A DNA stretch of 64,000 nucleotides, from positions 166,780,001 through 166,844,000 of the forward strand of contig OZ024741.1 of assembly GCA_964016885.1 (NCBI GenBank), read 5' to 3'. The stretch's first letter is position 1, and each line of letters opens with the position of its first letter. Shown here piece by piece: positions 13,944 through 27,797 of this stretch. A model generated the notes under the pieces. It did no database searches, was not told the DNA's origin, and saw only the letters and a list, made by a program, of their open reading frames with translations. Source of the stretch: Eledone cirrhosa. Taxonomy: Eukaryota. The position numbers and the translations under genes were made by a program.

Positions 13944-15005
13944 ATTGGTGATGGTATTGGTGTTGGTGGTATTGGTGGTGGTATTGGTGGTGGTATTGGT
14001 GTTGGTGGTATTGGTGGTGTTGGTGTTGGTGGTGGTGTTGTTGGTGGTGGTAGTGGTAGTGGTAGTGGTGGTGGTGCTGGTGGTGGTGGTAGTGGTGGTA
14101 GTGGTGGTAGTGGTGGCATTGGTGGTGGTAGTGGTGGTATTGGTGGTATTGGTGGTGTTGGTGGTGGTGTTGGTGGTGTTGGTGGTATTGGTGGTGTTAG
14201 TGGTGGTAGTGGTGGTAATGGTGGTAGTGGTGGTATTGGTGGTGGTAGTGGTGGTGTTGTTGGTAGTGGTAGTGGTAGTGGTATTGGTGGTGGTGGTGGT
14301 GGTGGTATTGGTGGTGGTGGTGGTAGTGGTGGTAGTGGTGGTATTGGTGGTGGTAGTGGTGGTGTTGGTGGTGTTGGTGTTGGTGGTGGTGTTGTTGGTA
14401 GTGGTAGTGGTAGTGGTATTGGTGGTGGTGGTGGTGGTGGTGGTATTGGTGGTGGTGGTAGTGGTGGTATTGGTGGTGGTATTGGTGTGTTGGTGGTGTT
14501 GGTGTTGGTGGTGGTGTTGTTGGTGGTGGTAGTGGTATTGGTGGTGGTGGTGGTGGTATTGGTGGTGGTGGTGGTAGTGGTGGTAGTGGTGGTAGTGGTG
14601 GTATTGGTCGTGGTAGTGGTGGTGTTGGTGGTGTTGGTGGAGTTGGTGTTGTTGGTGGTGTTGTTGGTGGTGGTAGTGGTAGTGGTAGTGGTGGTGGTGG
14701 TGGTATTGGTGGTATTGGTGGTGTTGGTGGTGGTATTGGTGGTATTGGTGGTGTTGGTGGTGGTGTTGGTGGTATTGGTGGTGTTAGTGGTGGTAGTGGT
14801 GGTAATGGTGGTGGTAGTGGTGGTGTTGGTGGTGTTGGTGGTGTTGGTGTTGTTGGTGGTGGTGGTAGTGGTAGTGGTGGTGGTGGTGGTATTGGTGGTG
14901 TTGGTGGTGGTATTGGTGGTATTGGTGGTATTGGTGGTGGTGTTGGTGGTATTGGTGGTGGTGATGGTATTGGTGATGGTTTTGATGGTGGTGGTGGTGA
15001 TGTTG
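13825..15005. repeat. (GTT)n/(GGT)n compound trinucleotide repeat
   Basis: Direct reading. Confidence 0.95.
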
Positions 15006-15283
15006 GTGGGAATTTTCTTTGTTTTGAATCTTATTGTTACCATTTTTTTTTGTTATTTTTCAATATTTACGCGTCGCAGTTCAAATCCCATCGAGGCCAA
15101 CTTCGCCTTTCATCCTTCAGGGGTTGATAAAATAAAGTACCACTAACGCACAGGGGTCAATTTAATCGACTTTCTCCTTTCCTCAGATTGCTGACCTTAC
15201 GCCAATATTAGAAATAATTATTTATACATCTCTATAAACCCATGGTGTATCGTGTTTCTACCGTCTTTAATTTTTTTTTTTAA

Positions 15284-15970
15284 CAGCAAGGACATGCTGC
15301 TCCCAACGACGTATTGAGAAGGAACCTGGACGCAGCTGGCTTCCCATCACAACTGGAGTCAGCAGGTCTCGACTCCGGTGATGGCAATTTCCATGACGGA
15401 TTTACCCTCTTCCCATTCGAAGGAGGTAGATCCCTCATCTGGGACGCCACATGTTGTAACACGTTCTCCGCTGCCAACTAAGTAGCGGCGACCACAAGAC
15501 CCGGTACTGCGGCCTGTAATGCAGAGGAAAAGAAGACGAACAAATACCAACGACTGTCCGACCGCATCCTCTTCGCACGGGTCGCCGTCGAGACATGAGG
15601 CGTATTCAGATTTCGTACTGCCGAGCTCCTTCGCAAGATCGGAACGACAGTAGCCCGTCTGGACGAAAGAAGCCCCGTGGGGTGGGGTGGCTGTTGCAGC
15701 AGGTGTCACTGGCCATTGTCCGTGGAAACGCTTTTGCAGCCTTGTCCGCGGGTCACAGCTACAACACCGCCACACCCTAGGCCTAGAGCCCATCACCCTC
15801 CCCTTCCCCTCCATTCTTCTGTGGCCTTAGAGGATTTGCCTTTCCCTTCCTTTCCTGTTTTTAAATATTTGTAGTGTTTTTCTAATTATGTTATAGTCAT
15901 GGAGTTATTCATGGAATTACTCTGTCTTTAATGTGCTTGTTTTTTGTAAACCCTATCTAACGAATAAAGA
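15284..15970 (+). pseudogene. CRE-clade non-LTR retrotransposon 3' fragment (restriction-like endonuclease)
   Basis: HAAPNDVLRRNLDAAGFPSQLE..DG..HDGFTLFPFEGGRSLIWDATC..AACNAEEKKTNKY..VAVET*G..QQVSLAIVRGNA: a PD-(D/E)xK RLE pattern with stops. AATAAA near 15963. Confidence 0.8.
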
Positions 15971-15974
15971 ATAA

Positions 15975-16265
15975 CTTTGCCTTTCATCCTTACGGGGTCG
16001 ATAAAATAAAGTACCAGTAATACACTGTGTAATTGCTGGCCTTGTGCCAAATGTAGAAACAATTATTATTTGACGGTGGATTGGCAGTATCGGTAGAGCG
16101 TCAGACACCATACTTTGCAGCATAGAGTTATGACCCTTTATGTTCTGAGTTCAAATCCCGCCGAGATTTGCTTTGCTTTGATCCTTACGGGGTCGATAAA
16201 ATAAAGTACTAGTAATGCACTGGAGAAATTGCTGGCCTTGTGCCAAAAGTAGAAACAATTATTAT
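15975..16265 (+). mobile_element. Tandem SINEs (partial plus full)
   Basis: Same SINE family, head-to-tail. Confidence 0.85.
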
Positions 16266-16289
16266 TTAACATTTCGTATGATACTATGT

Positions 16290-17220
16290 GTGTTTCCAGG
16301 CGCTCACGACACTTTATAAGCCAAACAAAGTGATAGGCAACCAGAAAACAATGCTTGTGTTCTATAAAGGGTTAGTGGTAGGTATGAGCGACGATGGCCT
16401 GAGAGTGGCTCTGGGAGTTGATGAGGACAGTCTTGACAGATTCTTCTGGAAGTCTTTCAAGTTGGGGATTATGGACAATTTTCAAAAAACCTTGGCATGG
16501 CAGTATTACAGAGAGGACCTACCAGTTCTGCAGGCACGGAAGTGATAAACAACCGAATCTATCCTCAGACCTGCTAACATCTAAAAACCCAAACGGGGAG
16601 TATCATGAAAACAAGTGCCCCAAAACGAGGAGAAATGAGGCAAAATGGGGAGATTTTACAGAATAAAAACTATACCCATTCTTGCAAAAGACATCTCTCA
16701 CCCACCCCCAAAGTAGGTGGGAGATCTCCCCATCGATCATGGAGAATTGACAGGTCTGCAATAAAATGTTGCTTCAGATTAGATTTGATTGAATATCTGC
16801 AGACTGACAGAGAAATTTCTCTGCTGGATAATATGCTGAAAAAACTAGCAGACAGGTCTGTATTCGAGATGCAATTGTTATCGCATGTAGGACAGATCCG
16901 GCTAGCAAACTGGTTTATAGTGAAAATTGAGCCGTAGCCTTCCTTTAGAAAGGAGGCACGCAAGTCTTCCTCTGTTTGGTAGTTATAACGAAGGAAGTTA
17001 TACGGTGGACTCGTATAAAATGTTTGAGGTTAGGAATCTTCCTCTCCGGCTAAGGCCTCATCAATCTACTTCTTCCACTTGAGAAGGAAGATAAGGGTAG
17101 AGTGGTAGATACTTCCTTCTAGTGTGAGAGCGGCGATACTGACGTTGCTAAATGGGCCTACTCTGATTAGGCCTTTCTAAGCAGGAGGAAGGAAATCGGA
17201 AAAGAGCACTTTTAATGCCT
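16290..17220 (+). pseudogene. Tx1-like LINE ORF2 C-terminal relic, interrupted by a MITE
   Basis: CFQALTTLY..MDNFQKTLAWQYYREDLPV matches ORF2 of 43444..46872. Confidence 0.8.
16566..16758. mobile_element. MITE with CAGACCTG..CAGGTCTG termini
   Basis: Terminal inverted repeats and internal (c/t)ggggaga repeats. Second copy at 52206-52795. Confidence 0.65.
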
Positions 17221-17237
17221 GTGAGGTGTCAGAGTGA

Positions 17238-17355
17238 AGGCGTGTGGCTGAGTGGTTAGAGAACTGTATTCGCAATCGTGAGGTTGCCAGTTCGATTCCT
17301 GGACCGGGCGATGCGTAATGTCCTTGAGCAAGAGACTTTATTTCACGTTGCTCCT
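17238..17355 (+). mobile_element. CORE-like tRNA-derived SINE head
   Basis: A box tggctgagtgg, B box agttcgattcc, then tgtccttgagcaagagacttta resembling the CORE domain. Confidence 0.65.
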
Positions 17356-17559
17356 TCTACCTGTAGTTGCGACCGATAGATAGTATTAGCAACTGGAAAG
17401 ACCAACGGAAACATTCTTCCAATTTGACGAAAGTCGATCGTTAAAAAAAAAAAATGGTGTCAGAATAATTCGGGATTTTGTGTGGAGTTCTTCCTGGAAT
17501 TACACTATATCGCAGTCTTAACTTTGTTAATGTATTGTATTTGTTATAATTACAACTAG

Positions 17560-19080
17560 GGCGGTGGATTGGCAGTATCGGTAGAGCGTCGGACACTATC
17601 CTTCGCAGCATAGAATTATGTTCTGAATTCAAATCTCGCCGAGGTTAGCTTTGCCTTTCATCCTTACGGGATCGATAAAATAAAGTACCAGTAATGCACT
17701 GGGGTCGATATATTCGGCTTTCCCCTCCCCCCAAAATTACTGACCTTGTGCCTATACTAGAAATAATAATAATTACAGTTAGGATGGTGGATTGACAGTA
17801 TCGGCAGAACGTCGGTCACCATGCTTCGCAGCATAGAAATATGTTCTGAGTTCAAATCCCGACGGGGTTAGCTTTGCTTTTCATCATTTACGGGGTCGAT
17901 AAAATAAAGTACCAGTAATACACTGGGTAGATTTAATCCCCCCACCCCCCACCCAAATTGCTGGCCTTGTGCCCAAATCAGAAACCGTTATAATTACAGC
18001 TATTGTTCCACATACTGTTTTCCTGTTGGTTATGTCCCATTTCCTTTACCAGATGTAAACTTCACTCTCTGTTATTTTTGTACTTGTATTGTCCCCAAAA
18101 TCTTGGGCCTTTGTCATCAATAAAATATGTCACTATTATTCTCGGACAAAATGCTTTGCGGTATTTAGTTATGACTGTCTACGTCCTGAGTTCAAATCCC
18201 ACCAAGGTCTGCTTTGCCTTTCATCCTTACCGGGTCGATAAAATAAAGTACCAGTAACGCTCTGGGTGTATTTAATCGACCTCCCTCTTCCCTTGTGCCA
18301 AAAGTAGAAACAATTATTGTTTGTCGTTTTTGGAGCTGTGTAAATATTTGTGAATTTTTCTTATTTTAACCTATTTTCAGTGTTTGTTCAACTATTTAAA
18401 GTCTCTATTCCACTCAAGACTGAATATTGAAATAAATAAATATCAATTTATTTGCAAAGCTATCATTTTCCAGGTGATTTCACCAGATCCTCTTTAAGCT
18501 CGCATTAAAGAAAATGTTTGTTATTTCCCTGCTTGAAGCAAAAAGTAGAGAAAACAGATTCATGTTTTTACTTCAATATTCAGTATTTAAAGTTGACACA
18601 AGCAAAGAGGGGCCTGAATGGTAGTCATGTGTAGTCATCCGTTTAGGAACGGTAAGCCTTTTAAATCTATGTAACCTACTCCAACAATAATAATTTTTTC
18701 TACTTTAGGCACAAGGCCAACAATTTTAGGGGAGGGGAAAGTCGAATAAATGGACTCCAGTGCATTACTGGTGCTTTATTTTATCGACCCCGTAAGGATG
18801 GAAGGCAAAGCTAAACTCGGCGAGATTTGAACTCAGAACGTAATGGGCCGTAACTCTATGCCACTAAGCATGTTGTCCGACGCTCTACCGATTTTGCTAA
18901 TCCACCGCCCAACAATAATAATTTTTTCTACTTTAGGCACAAGGCCAGCAATTACCCAGTGCATTACTGGTACTTTATTTTATCGACCCCGTAAGGATGA
19001 AAGGCAAAGTCAACCTCGGCGGGATTTGAACTCAGATCGTAAAGGGACGTAACTATGCTGGAAAGCATGGCGTCCGACAA
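17560..19080. mobile_element. Cluster of five SINE copies (three +, two -)
   Basis: Approximately 17560-17770, 17780-18000 and 18140-18320 on +; 18690-18910 and 18915-19080 on -. Confidence 0.85.
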
Positions 19081-19189
19081 TAATAATGTTCAACGAAGAC
19101 TGCAAGACTGCACCACGTCAAAGAAAGAGGAGGAAAGAGTGAGCAAGCATTATAAAGAGAGAGTGAAAGTACGTTAGCCAGCGCTCGAG

Positions 19190-22100
19190 AGAGTGAGGCA
19201 GCTAACAATTTTCAAAACGTGGCGTTTCTAGAAATATTTCCAAATAAATATTTAAAAGTGAGCAAAATTCAAACAATTGTAATGGTAACAACAGCAAAAA
19301 ATAAATCAACTACAGTTATAAAACCGATAACAGCGATAACAATAACATTTACAATGACAAAAACAAATCTAACGAGGTCGCTACCCATCAAGATTTTTGT
19401 CTAGTTGTGGAGGATATCCATGCTCTGTCAATCCACAGCATTTTGTAATTACGATTTCTAGTATAGGCACAAGGCCAGTAATTTGGGGGGAGGGGAAAGT
19501 CGATTAAACCGACCCAAGTACTTTACTGGTGCTTTATTTTATCGACCCCTTTAGGATGAAAGGCAAAGTTAACCTCGGCGGGATTTGAACTCATACTGTA
19601 AAGGGTCGTAACTCTATGCTGCAAAGCAAGGTGTCCGACTCTCTACCAATACTGCAAATCCACCGCCCTACAGCATTTTGTAATAACAAAAGCAAAAACA
19701 GCTTTCTCGACATGTAACAATCCACCACCACCACCACCATGAACATCTAGAAGTCCTGAAAGGAAAGGACTCGTTGCTGGAGTTCAAGAAATACAGCTAG
19801 GAACAGTGATTGGGAGTGGAGCTGGAGATATTGATCGAAGTGAAAGCTGAAAACCTGAGCAAGATTTCAGAGCTGATAGACTTTTCGAATGATGCGCAGC
19901 TGAATGTGATGGCAAAAAAACAACAGGCCCAGAAGCCATGATTGTACAAGCTCAAACTTCATGATGACCATCTGTCATCAGTTAAGGGGAACAATCTAAG
20001 GAAGGTTCATGTTACTACCAACATCAACAACAACAGTAACAACAACTGCAACAACAACATCAGCAACAACAGAAGAAGAAGCCCCCAACAATACAGTCCC
20101 GGAAAAGAAATACTACTGCAGCACTATCACTCCTTTAAAAAAAGAGCAAAAGAAAAAACAAAACAAAAAACAATGAAACCACATCTGAAGGGATAAATCC
20201 ACCATATAATCTTATACTTATGTTACTTCCCTCAGATTCCGACCTCATGGAGAGTGACACTCCACTGTGCGAAGAGGAGAAATCCCCCCTCACTCCAACA
20301 CGAAACAAAAACAAAATATGCCCAAGAACAACAAATCCAACAATCTCTTAACTCAATCATCTTGCATCAACTTCATAGTTGTTCGAAAGAGAAACTGGAA
20401 GCTGATGGAGTAGGTTGTGAACAGCAACAAGATAGAATCAAAAGGGGTTAGTTTCAATAAACTAAAAAATAAAACGTCACCCGATAGACTTTTAATCCAG
20501 ACAGGCACAAAAACGATTAAAATTCAAATTCCCCGGGGACAAGGCCCTTTCAACTTAAATCCGACACAAACAATGCCCATGAGAAACCCTGTTCATCTGG
20601 GTCAACCGGACTACTTAAAACCCAAAGCGGGTGACCACTACCCGTTCTTTCACCTTTTTTCGCTTATCATGGCTAAAAATCAGAGTTGCAAGTATAAATG
20701 TGCGTGGCCTGGGGTTGGCATGTCAGAAATGCCACTTGTAGAATTAGATGTAGTTGCCATCAGCTAGACCAGGATTTCCGAGACGTGAGCTCTCGTCCCC
20801 GTTTTCGATGACTACGAGGCGTTCGCGTCTTAGGGTCTATTGGAAGCAGGGGGTGGGGTGGTATTCATTTCCCTTATTGGTCTGGATCTCGATGTTAAGA
20901 TGATCTTCTTTGACCAGAGTGTAAGTTGGTGGTGCTGGACGTAAGTGGTAGGGAAGAAGGTATCTTTAGACGAGTGGCCATCTATGCCCCAACAAGGGCA
21001 GGGTGTTCCGATTTTTTTGGGCGCCTCCAATTTTTGTTGGGAACGTCCCGTCATTCTTTAGTGCTAGATGGTGATTTCAACTGCATCTTAAATGCATAAT
21101 GGGATTGTGTGAGGTAAGCCCATAGGAGAATAGAATGCAACAACCTCGCAAATCTACTCAGATGTTTCCAACCCTCTGACAGATACCGAATGTATTAACC
21201 ACATGTACCAATGTGTACATAGAGAAACCACAATGGATCATCCAGATCGTGCCTAGATAGAGTAAATCTTCGCCCAACCGAAAAGGATAGAGTAGGGTGT
21301 ACACAAATTCGTGATCTGCACGATTGAACTAGATATAATCTACAGATACGGGTCCAGCTACTTAAAGCTTAACGTAACGTTCTCAGCACGCAAAGCCTAC
21401 AGAAACCGGATTAGCGATTTATATATACGGCAGTTGACGGGGTGCAATTGTCAACAACCGGTGGTGGAGAACTCGTAAGAGAGTTATTAAAGTAGAATCG
21501 GTAAGTTATAGTAGAGAAAAAGACTAGAACGGGAATCAGACAGCACTAGAAGGTGCGATTAGAAATGGCATCACAACTTATGTACTAGCAATGAGAATGG
21601 TCGAGAACCATTTCTTCAATGCTAAACTTGAAGGTTGCGAATTCAGAGCCAAGGCTCGTATGTTAAGATATAATGAAACGAAAGCTGTATAATGGGCCCA
21701 CGTGGCAGTGGTGCGACGTGGTAACAAAGCCAAGATTCCGTCTTTGACGGACCAAAAGAGATGCATGCTACTCATTCCTCATCGGACGTGTGCAGTTTTT
21801 CAATGGCACATTGCTAGACTGTTCGGTATGAGTGATTGGTCATCGGAAATGGTGGCTGATTTCAGAGAGCCTACCTCATCGACTAGCCACGATTATCGAT
21901 GAAAGAAGCGACTAGCTGCGATGAACCGATAACAACCGCCGAGATACGGGAAGTGATGAGAGGATGCACGAGACACGGGTTACCTGGTTTGGATGGTCAA
22001 CTCTTTGAATTTTACGAGTTTATGCCTAACTTGTTTGACGGCCTCTTAGCAGATGTCTACCGACACTGGCAGCAGAACAGAAGAATTTCTAGTTCGGTGA

Positions 22101-23485
22101 GTCGGGGCGTGGTAACGCTGCTGAGAAGAGACGTCAACAAAGAGGATTCGTTAGAAAAGTTTTGGTCTATAACTCTGTTAAATACAGAGTTTAAGATTTT
22201 GGCCAAAGTATTGGCAAAGAAATTTGCACTTGCCGTTGAGACTCTGGTCGGAGAATTGCAAACGTGCATGAGCTAGAACAGATCAACCCACAACAACCTC
22301 CACCCTACGGGGTACATTATAGAGAAGGTGGAACAGAAACCTGTCTTCTGTGGGGCCCTGATCAATTTCGATCAGTCAAAAGCCTTCGATGGGGTCTACC
22401 ATCGATGCCTATCAGCTGCCTTCAAAGCAATTTGTTTCGGACCCGTTTTCAGAGGCCGGATCACTGCAATGCTCAGTGACATCCGATTGGTCATCAAAGT
22501 GAGCCTTTGAACAGCACGCGCTCTTTCACCGCTTCTATACATGACACTACTGCGGAAGCTGGAGTTGTTAAAGAATATCCTTCTTGAACTGGGACAAGGA
22601 ACTGCGAGAATAGTGTCAGCGTATGTAGACTTCGTACCGTAATGGTGTTGGTCTCCGTTGGGGTGGAAATAGCGAGTACCGTTCCAAAGGAATACGATGT
22701 GGTGCCGGGGTAAAGATGAACTCGAACGAGTCGGTTGGCTTGCTGCTCAGCAATTGGAAAGGTAGGTCTATGCAGTCTAACAGCGATGTGGGTCGATGGA
22801 CGGATGTATCTGTTAAACCACTTGGGTGTTGTTCAGTCCGGACCTGTAGGTAGATAAGAATGGGGACGAGGTTACGACCAGGGTGGCTAGTCCCATCCAA
22901 ATATGGGCAGAGAGAAAGCTGTTCCTGAAGGGTTGGGCAGAAGTAGCCAAAATAAATTACCAGTAACGAACTGGGGATCGATTTAATCGACTTTCTCCTC
23001 CTCCCAAATTGCTGGCCTTGTTCCTATATAAGAAACTGTTGCCTTTCATCCTTATGGGGTCGATAAAATAAAGTACCAGTAATGTACTGAGTAATTGCTG
23101 GCCTTGTGCCTAAAGTAGAAACAATTATTAACATGCTTAGCGGTATAGAGTTACGGCCCTTTAAGTTCTGAGTTCAAATCCCACCAAGGTGGGGGAATGT
23201 GGCGAAAATGGCCTGAACATGCACCTGTAGGCTGGTGAATTTGAAGAAGAGAAGGGTGCCCTTACTGGGTGCCCTCGAAGCGTCGGGTGGTTCAGGATTG
23301 GTGGGGTACCTGGATCAACCCTGGGTGGTTATCTCCCCTATTTGGGAATTTTCATTGTTGTATTTTTCTTGTTTATTGTTATTGTTTTTCCTATTTTTTT
23401 ACTCGCTTTTTATGTAAAACCCCCACTGTCCCCGTCAATTGTATTGTCCCCTATATGTCGGCCCTTGTGGCCAATAAATGAAACC
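19190..23485 (+). mobile_element. Old near-full-length Tx1-like LINE (ORF1 and ORF2 relics), interrupted by SINEs
   Basis: LGVELEILIEVKAENLSKISELI (~19810) aligns with ORF1 LGMGLDILVQMRPERIAQIPDRI. IRVASINVRGL (~20679), PGLDG, DQSKAFD. 3' end gcccttgtggccaataaa. Confidence 0.8.
19450..19669 (-). mobile_element. SINE with 15-bp TSD
   Basis: TSD ACAGCATTTTGTAAT at 19435-19449 and 19670-19684. Confidence 0.9.
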
Positions 23486-23489
23486 ATTA

Positions 23490-23680
23490 TTGTGGACTGG
23501 CAGAATCGGTTGAACGTTATACACCATGCTTTGTAGCACAGAGTTATGGCCCTTTACGTTCTGAGTTCAAATCCCGTTGAGGTTAACTTTGCCTTTCATC
23601 CTTACGGGGTCGATAAAATAAAGTACCAGTAATGCACTGGGTTATTGCTGGCCTTGTGCCAAAAGTAGAAACCCTTATTA
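23490..23680 (+). mobile_element. tRNA-derived SINE
   Basis: Same family, directly after the Tx1 3' end. Confidence 0.85.
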
Positions 23681-24037
23681 TTGTCTATTGAAATATTGTA
23701 TATTTTCAGTGGAAGTTTAACGACATAACACTGACTGTGTAGTTTGGTGTCAACTTTCAGCCTTCTCCCCTCTCTCGTTATACTTCTGCCAAAAACACAA
23801 CAAAACATTTATTATTTTACGTCATTAGCATGAGTTTTTACACACCTCACATCACCCACAGCGTTTTATCTCGTTACTGTTGTTGTTGTTGTTGCTGTTT
23901 TTGTTCTTATTATTGTTGTTTGCACCATTTACTAAATTGGAACGATGTATCAGTATAAAAAAGCCCACATTGTTACATCTCTCCCTCAATCTCTTTCTCC
24001 CTGCCCCTGCCCCTCTCTCACTCTCTCTCTCTCCCTC

Positions 24038-24092
<55 letters not shown>

Positions 24093-24211
24093 GTCCCACT
24101 ATCAAGTTACTCTCTGTTTAAGTTGAGAATCTCAAATCCTGATAAACGCCTACACCATCTCATCTGTACGGCTTTGTTTACAAAAAACTCTTTACCTTTA
24201 CTCACACTCAT

Positions 24212-24308
<97 letters not shown>

Positions 24309-25064
24309 CACACACACACACAACTGTAAGACTGATGAAGAATGTGTCGTAAATATGCCGGTCTATGAACGGTAAAAGCACTTTCAATAGTTTATCTTCC
24401 GAATGCAGTTATCTGGTTACACACAAAAATATAGTCTCACAGTGTATATAGGAACCAAGAAAAGATTTTAAAATAAAAAACTGATGCAGGTGGAATATGG
24501 CTTCCTTTCTCTACAGTAAGATTTCTCGGAATAGAATAGTTAGAGATAATAATGAAATAGCCAAGGCCAGTCAGTATGTGGTACGATGAAAAATATGCTT
24601 GTTATTGCCACACCCTATAGAGAATTATCTAATAGATTTAAGAAAAATCCTCTGAGAATCTAATCTAGAAAAACGGATAGATTCATCATTTGTATGCTCT
24701 ACTCTTTTGACAGGGATACCTGTAAAAAGAGTTGCGTGCTGAATATGTGTCACAAACCCACAAATCTACCACGAAGTAAATAATAGAGTATATTTACTAT
24801 ATAAAGGGCCAAGAAGAATCAGGTAAAAGCTTTCCCTAACTTGCACAGGAGAGGCAGATGTGAGTGTATAATAGAACAGCTATACTGAAAAGAAACCTGT
24901 CCATCTCCAGGTCGGAACACAACTGATTTCTTCCAGAGGAAGAGAGAGAAAGAGAGTGAGATAGATAGAAAGAAAGAAAGAGAGAGGGGGGGGGGGGTGA
25001 TACACACGCACACACACATATATATATATATTGTTATACTTGTGGAGGGTCATATTGTTGAAAT

Positions 25065-25250
25065 AATAGTTTCTACTTTAGGCACAAGGCCATCAATTAT
25101 CCCAGTGCATTACTGGTACTTTATTTTATCGACCCCGTAAGGATGAAAGGCAAAGTCAACCTCGGCGGGATTTGAACTGAGATCGTAAAGGGACGTAACT
25201 ATGCTGGAAAGCATGGCGTCCGACCCTCTACCGATACTGCCAATCCACCG
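25065..25250 (-). mobile_element. tRNA-derived SINE
   Basis: Near-identical to 4696-4887. Confidence 0.9.
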
Positions 25251-25315
25251 TAATAATATTGCCAGAAATAAGACTAAAAACTACAATTCCTACCAACCCC
25301 ACATACAGTAGACAT

Positions 25316-25653
25316 ATATTTTCAACCGACGTGCAGTAAAGATAGGCTACTCTTGTGCCAGTAACATACAATCCGACATTACCAACAAATACAAAAGTCT
25401 TCCATCATACGGATGCTCATATAGAAGGCCAGATGCATGTCCTTTGGATCAACAGTGCCTCCCTCCAGTGGTGATATATGATGCAGCAGTGACCCCCACC
25501 AACCAGAACCGCCAAATTGATTCCTCGACTTATGTAAGAATGTCTGAGAGCCGGCCCAATAGCCGTGTCCTAAGCCAAGAAACAACCTTCAAACATCCTG
25601 TCAAAAAATATACCACTCAGCTCGCAAACAATGTCCACACGAAGCGAAATTAA
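25316..25653 (+). pseudogene. Penelope-like element linker/GIY-YIG fragment
   Basis: IFNRRAVKIGYSCASNI..C.YRRPDACPLDQQCLPPVVIYDAAVT..STYVRMSE fits the PLE FNRxxVKxSYSC..CxCR..CPL..CL..VIY..YxG pattern. Confidence 0.75.
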
Positions 25654-25955
25654 CTGATTTTAATTTCAAGGAATTAAATTTCTTTTAATTACTAACTTTG
25701 CACAATTTCCTCCACCTTTGTAGTCTCTTTTGATAGTTACCTCCCTTTACATTATCTAAAAGATTTGTTTATTTATAGCTGAATTCTAAATTACCTGCCA
25801 TTGAAGAACTCTCGTGTATTTTCTAAAAACCTCATTTAAATTTAAATATACTGGGATTTAAACCTGTATATATAAAACCTCATTTTAAATTTAAATATAC
25901 TGGGATTTAAACCTGTATATATATGTTGTATCCCAACAAATTAAATATAACTTCT

Positions 25956-25994
<39 letters not shown>

Positions 25995-26245
25995 GGACAC
26001 AGAGGAGACTGAGGTTGGCTGGACATGCTCACCGACATCCAGAGTTGACATTGCACTCAGTGCTCCTTTGGGAGCCCCTACATGGACACACTAGAAGAGG
26101 AAGACCAAGGTTAACATATGTTGATGCCCTAAGGACAGACACTGGTCTGTTGGAGATGCAGGATATGGCAGCGATAATGAGGGACAGAGACCGCTGGAGA
26201 GAACTCGTCCATGGATCTCGAGAATTTTACCCGCCTTAGATAGAT
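25995..26245 (+). pseudogene. RTE-clade LINE 3' end
   Basis: RRLRLAGHAHRHPE..VLLWEP.HG..RRGRPRLTYVD.L..DTG..MRDR..WR. tataggac occurs on both flanks. Confidence 0.85.
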
Positions 26246-26524
26246 ATAGGACTATATATATATAGGACTATATATCACCAGGAATGCCTCAGAGCATTGT
26301 TCAACCTGTGCCGTTGAAAATGAACTGGATGTAGTAATTATATTCCAACTTGCCCTACGGACTTGAGTTGTTCTATACCTTGAATATTTTTCCCTATCTA
26401 TTATCACACACATACACACTCTTATATTAACATACTTTTGCTCATAGCTTCGTACTTACATGCACACACACTCTTTTTACTCACATATACAAACACATTT
26501 CTTCTTAGCTTCGTACAGACGTAT

Positions 26525-26605
<81 letters not shown>

Positions 26606-26830
26606 CTTACGCACGTGCTCAAGTATAGCACTTTTAACAAAATGTTTTTTTTCCATTTCCGGTAGACGCGCTCCATCATCCACTTTTCTAAAAAATAAAT
26701 CATACACAAAACGCCAGTACCAACAGTTTTTCAAGAGATGTCAACATGAATGGACCTGTTATTTTTATCTAAAGACATTTTTTCCAATTCCATCCCGCCC
26801 GTCCCCTCAATCTATCTCATTTCTCATTCT

Positions 26831-26960
26831 TTCTTCTGATGAAGGACTAGCGTTCGAAGCGTTAAGACCCTCTTCCTGCTATATCAAGTGTTAACCTAAT
26901 ATATCCCTTCCATATACTGTACCGATTGTGTTGTTATTTCTGTTTACTTTGTATATATAT
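26831..26960 (+). mobile_element. PLE-like 3' end with minimal HHR core
   Basis: tctt CTGATGA A GGAC TAGC GTTC GAAG CG TT aaga (GAAA mutated to GAAG). Same family, inverted, at 57870-57990. Confidence 0.55.
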
Positions 26961-27114
26961 ACTCGTATATATATATATATTGTTTACCTTTTACAATATA
27001 TATATATTGTTATACTTCGGGAGGGTCATATTATAATATTGACAGAAATATATATATATATATATATATAATAATATATACATATACTTTTAAATATGAT
27101 ATAAATATATATAT

Positions 27115-27665
27115 ATATTGTTATATTTGGGGAGGGTCATATTTGCGTAATATTGCCAGAATTAATAACAGAACACACTCACTGTTTGGTTGGTTTTCGC
27201 TTCTCGCTGTCTTTTATATACATATATCTGCGATCTAACTTACTCGGTCCTCAATGTTGCCATTGACTGACCGGCGGTCAAAAATAATACAGATACAATA
27301 TAGACAAACACATATATATATAGTTTACATAAATCTTTCGTTGCACATCTGCAACATCGTCAGTGGTGTTATATTCATTGTTCCTCCTGTTGTGTTGTAT
27401 GTCTACGCCATTTTTTTTGTTCAGTCTGTCTATATATTTATTTATTTATTTGCTTGTTTGTTTATCTTATTTTATTTTGTCTTCTTTGCGCATGCGTTTG
27501 CGTGTGTGTATAGTGTTATGTGTGATGTGTGACTAGTGTGTGACTAGTGTGTATATATGTATATAAAAGACAGCGAGAAGCGAAAACCAACCAAACAGTG
27601 AGTGTGTTCTGTTATTAATTCTGGCAATATTACGCAAATATGACCCTCCCCAAATATAACAATAT
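27115..27665. repeat. 113-bp inverted repeats around a ~325-bp spacer
   Basis: 27115-27227 is the reverse complement of 27553-27665. Confidence 0.9.
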
Positions 27666-27719
27666 CTGTTTCGACACACGATTTCATATAAAAAACCTCG
27701 CAAAACTAATTCATCGCCG

Positions 27720-27757
<38 letters not shown>

Positions 27758-27766
27758 TTATACATA

Positions 27767-27797
<31 letters not shown>

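Noticed and set aside
12407-15146. Long ORFs (270-436 aa) rich in Val/Met, Thr/Ile, Gly or Pro
   Set aside because: Trinucleotide microsatellites open in several frames on both strands, with no non-repetitive coding context.
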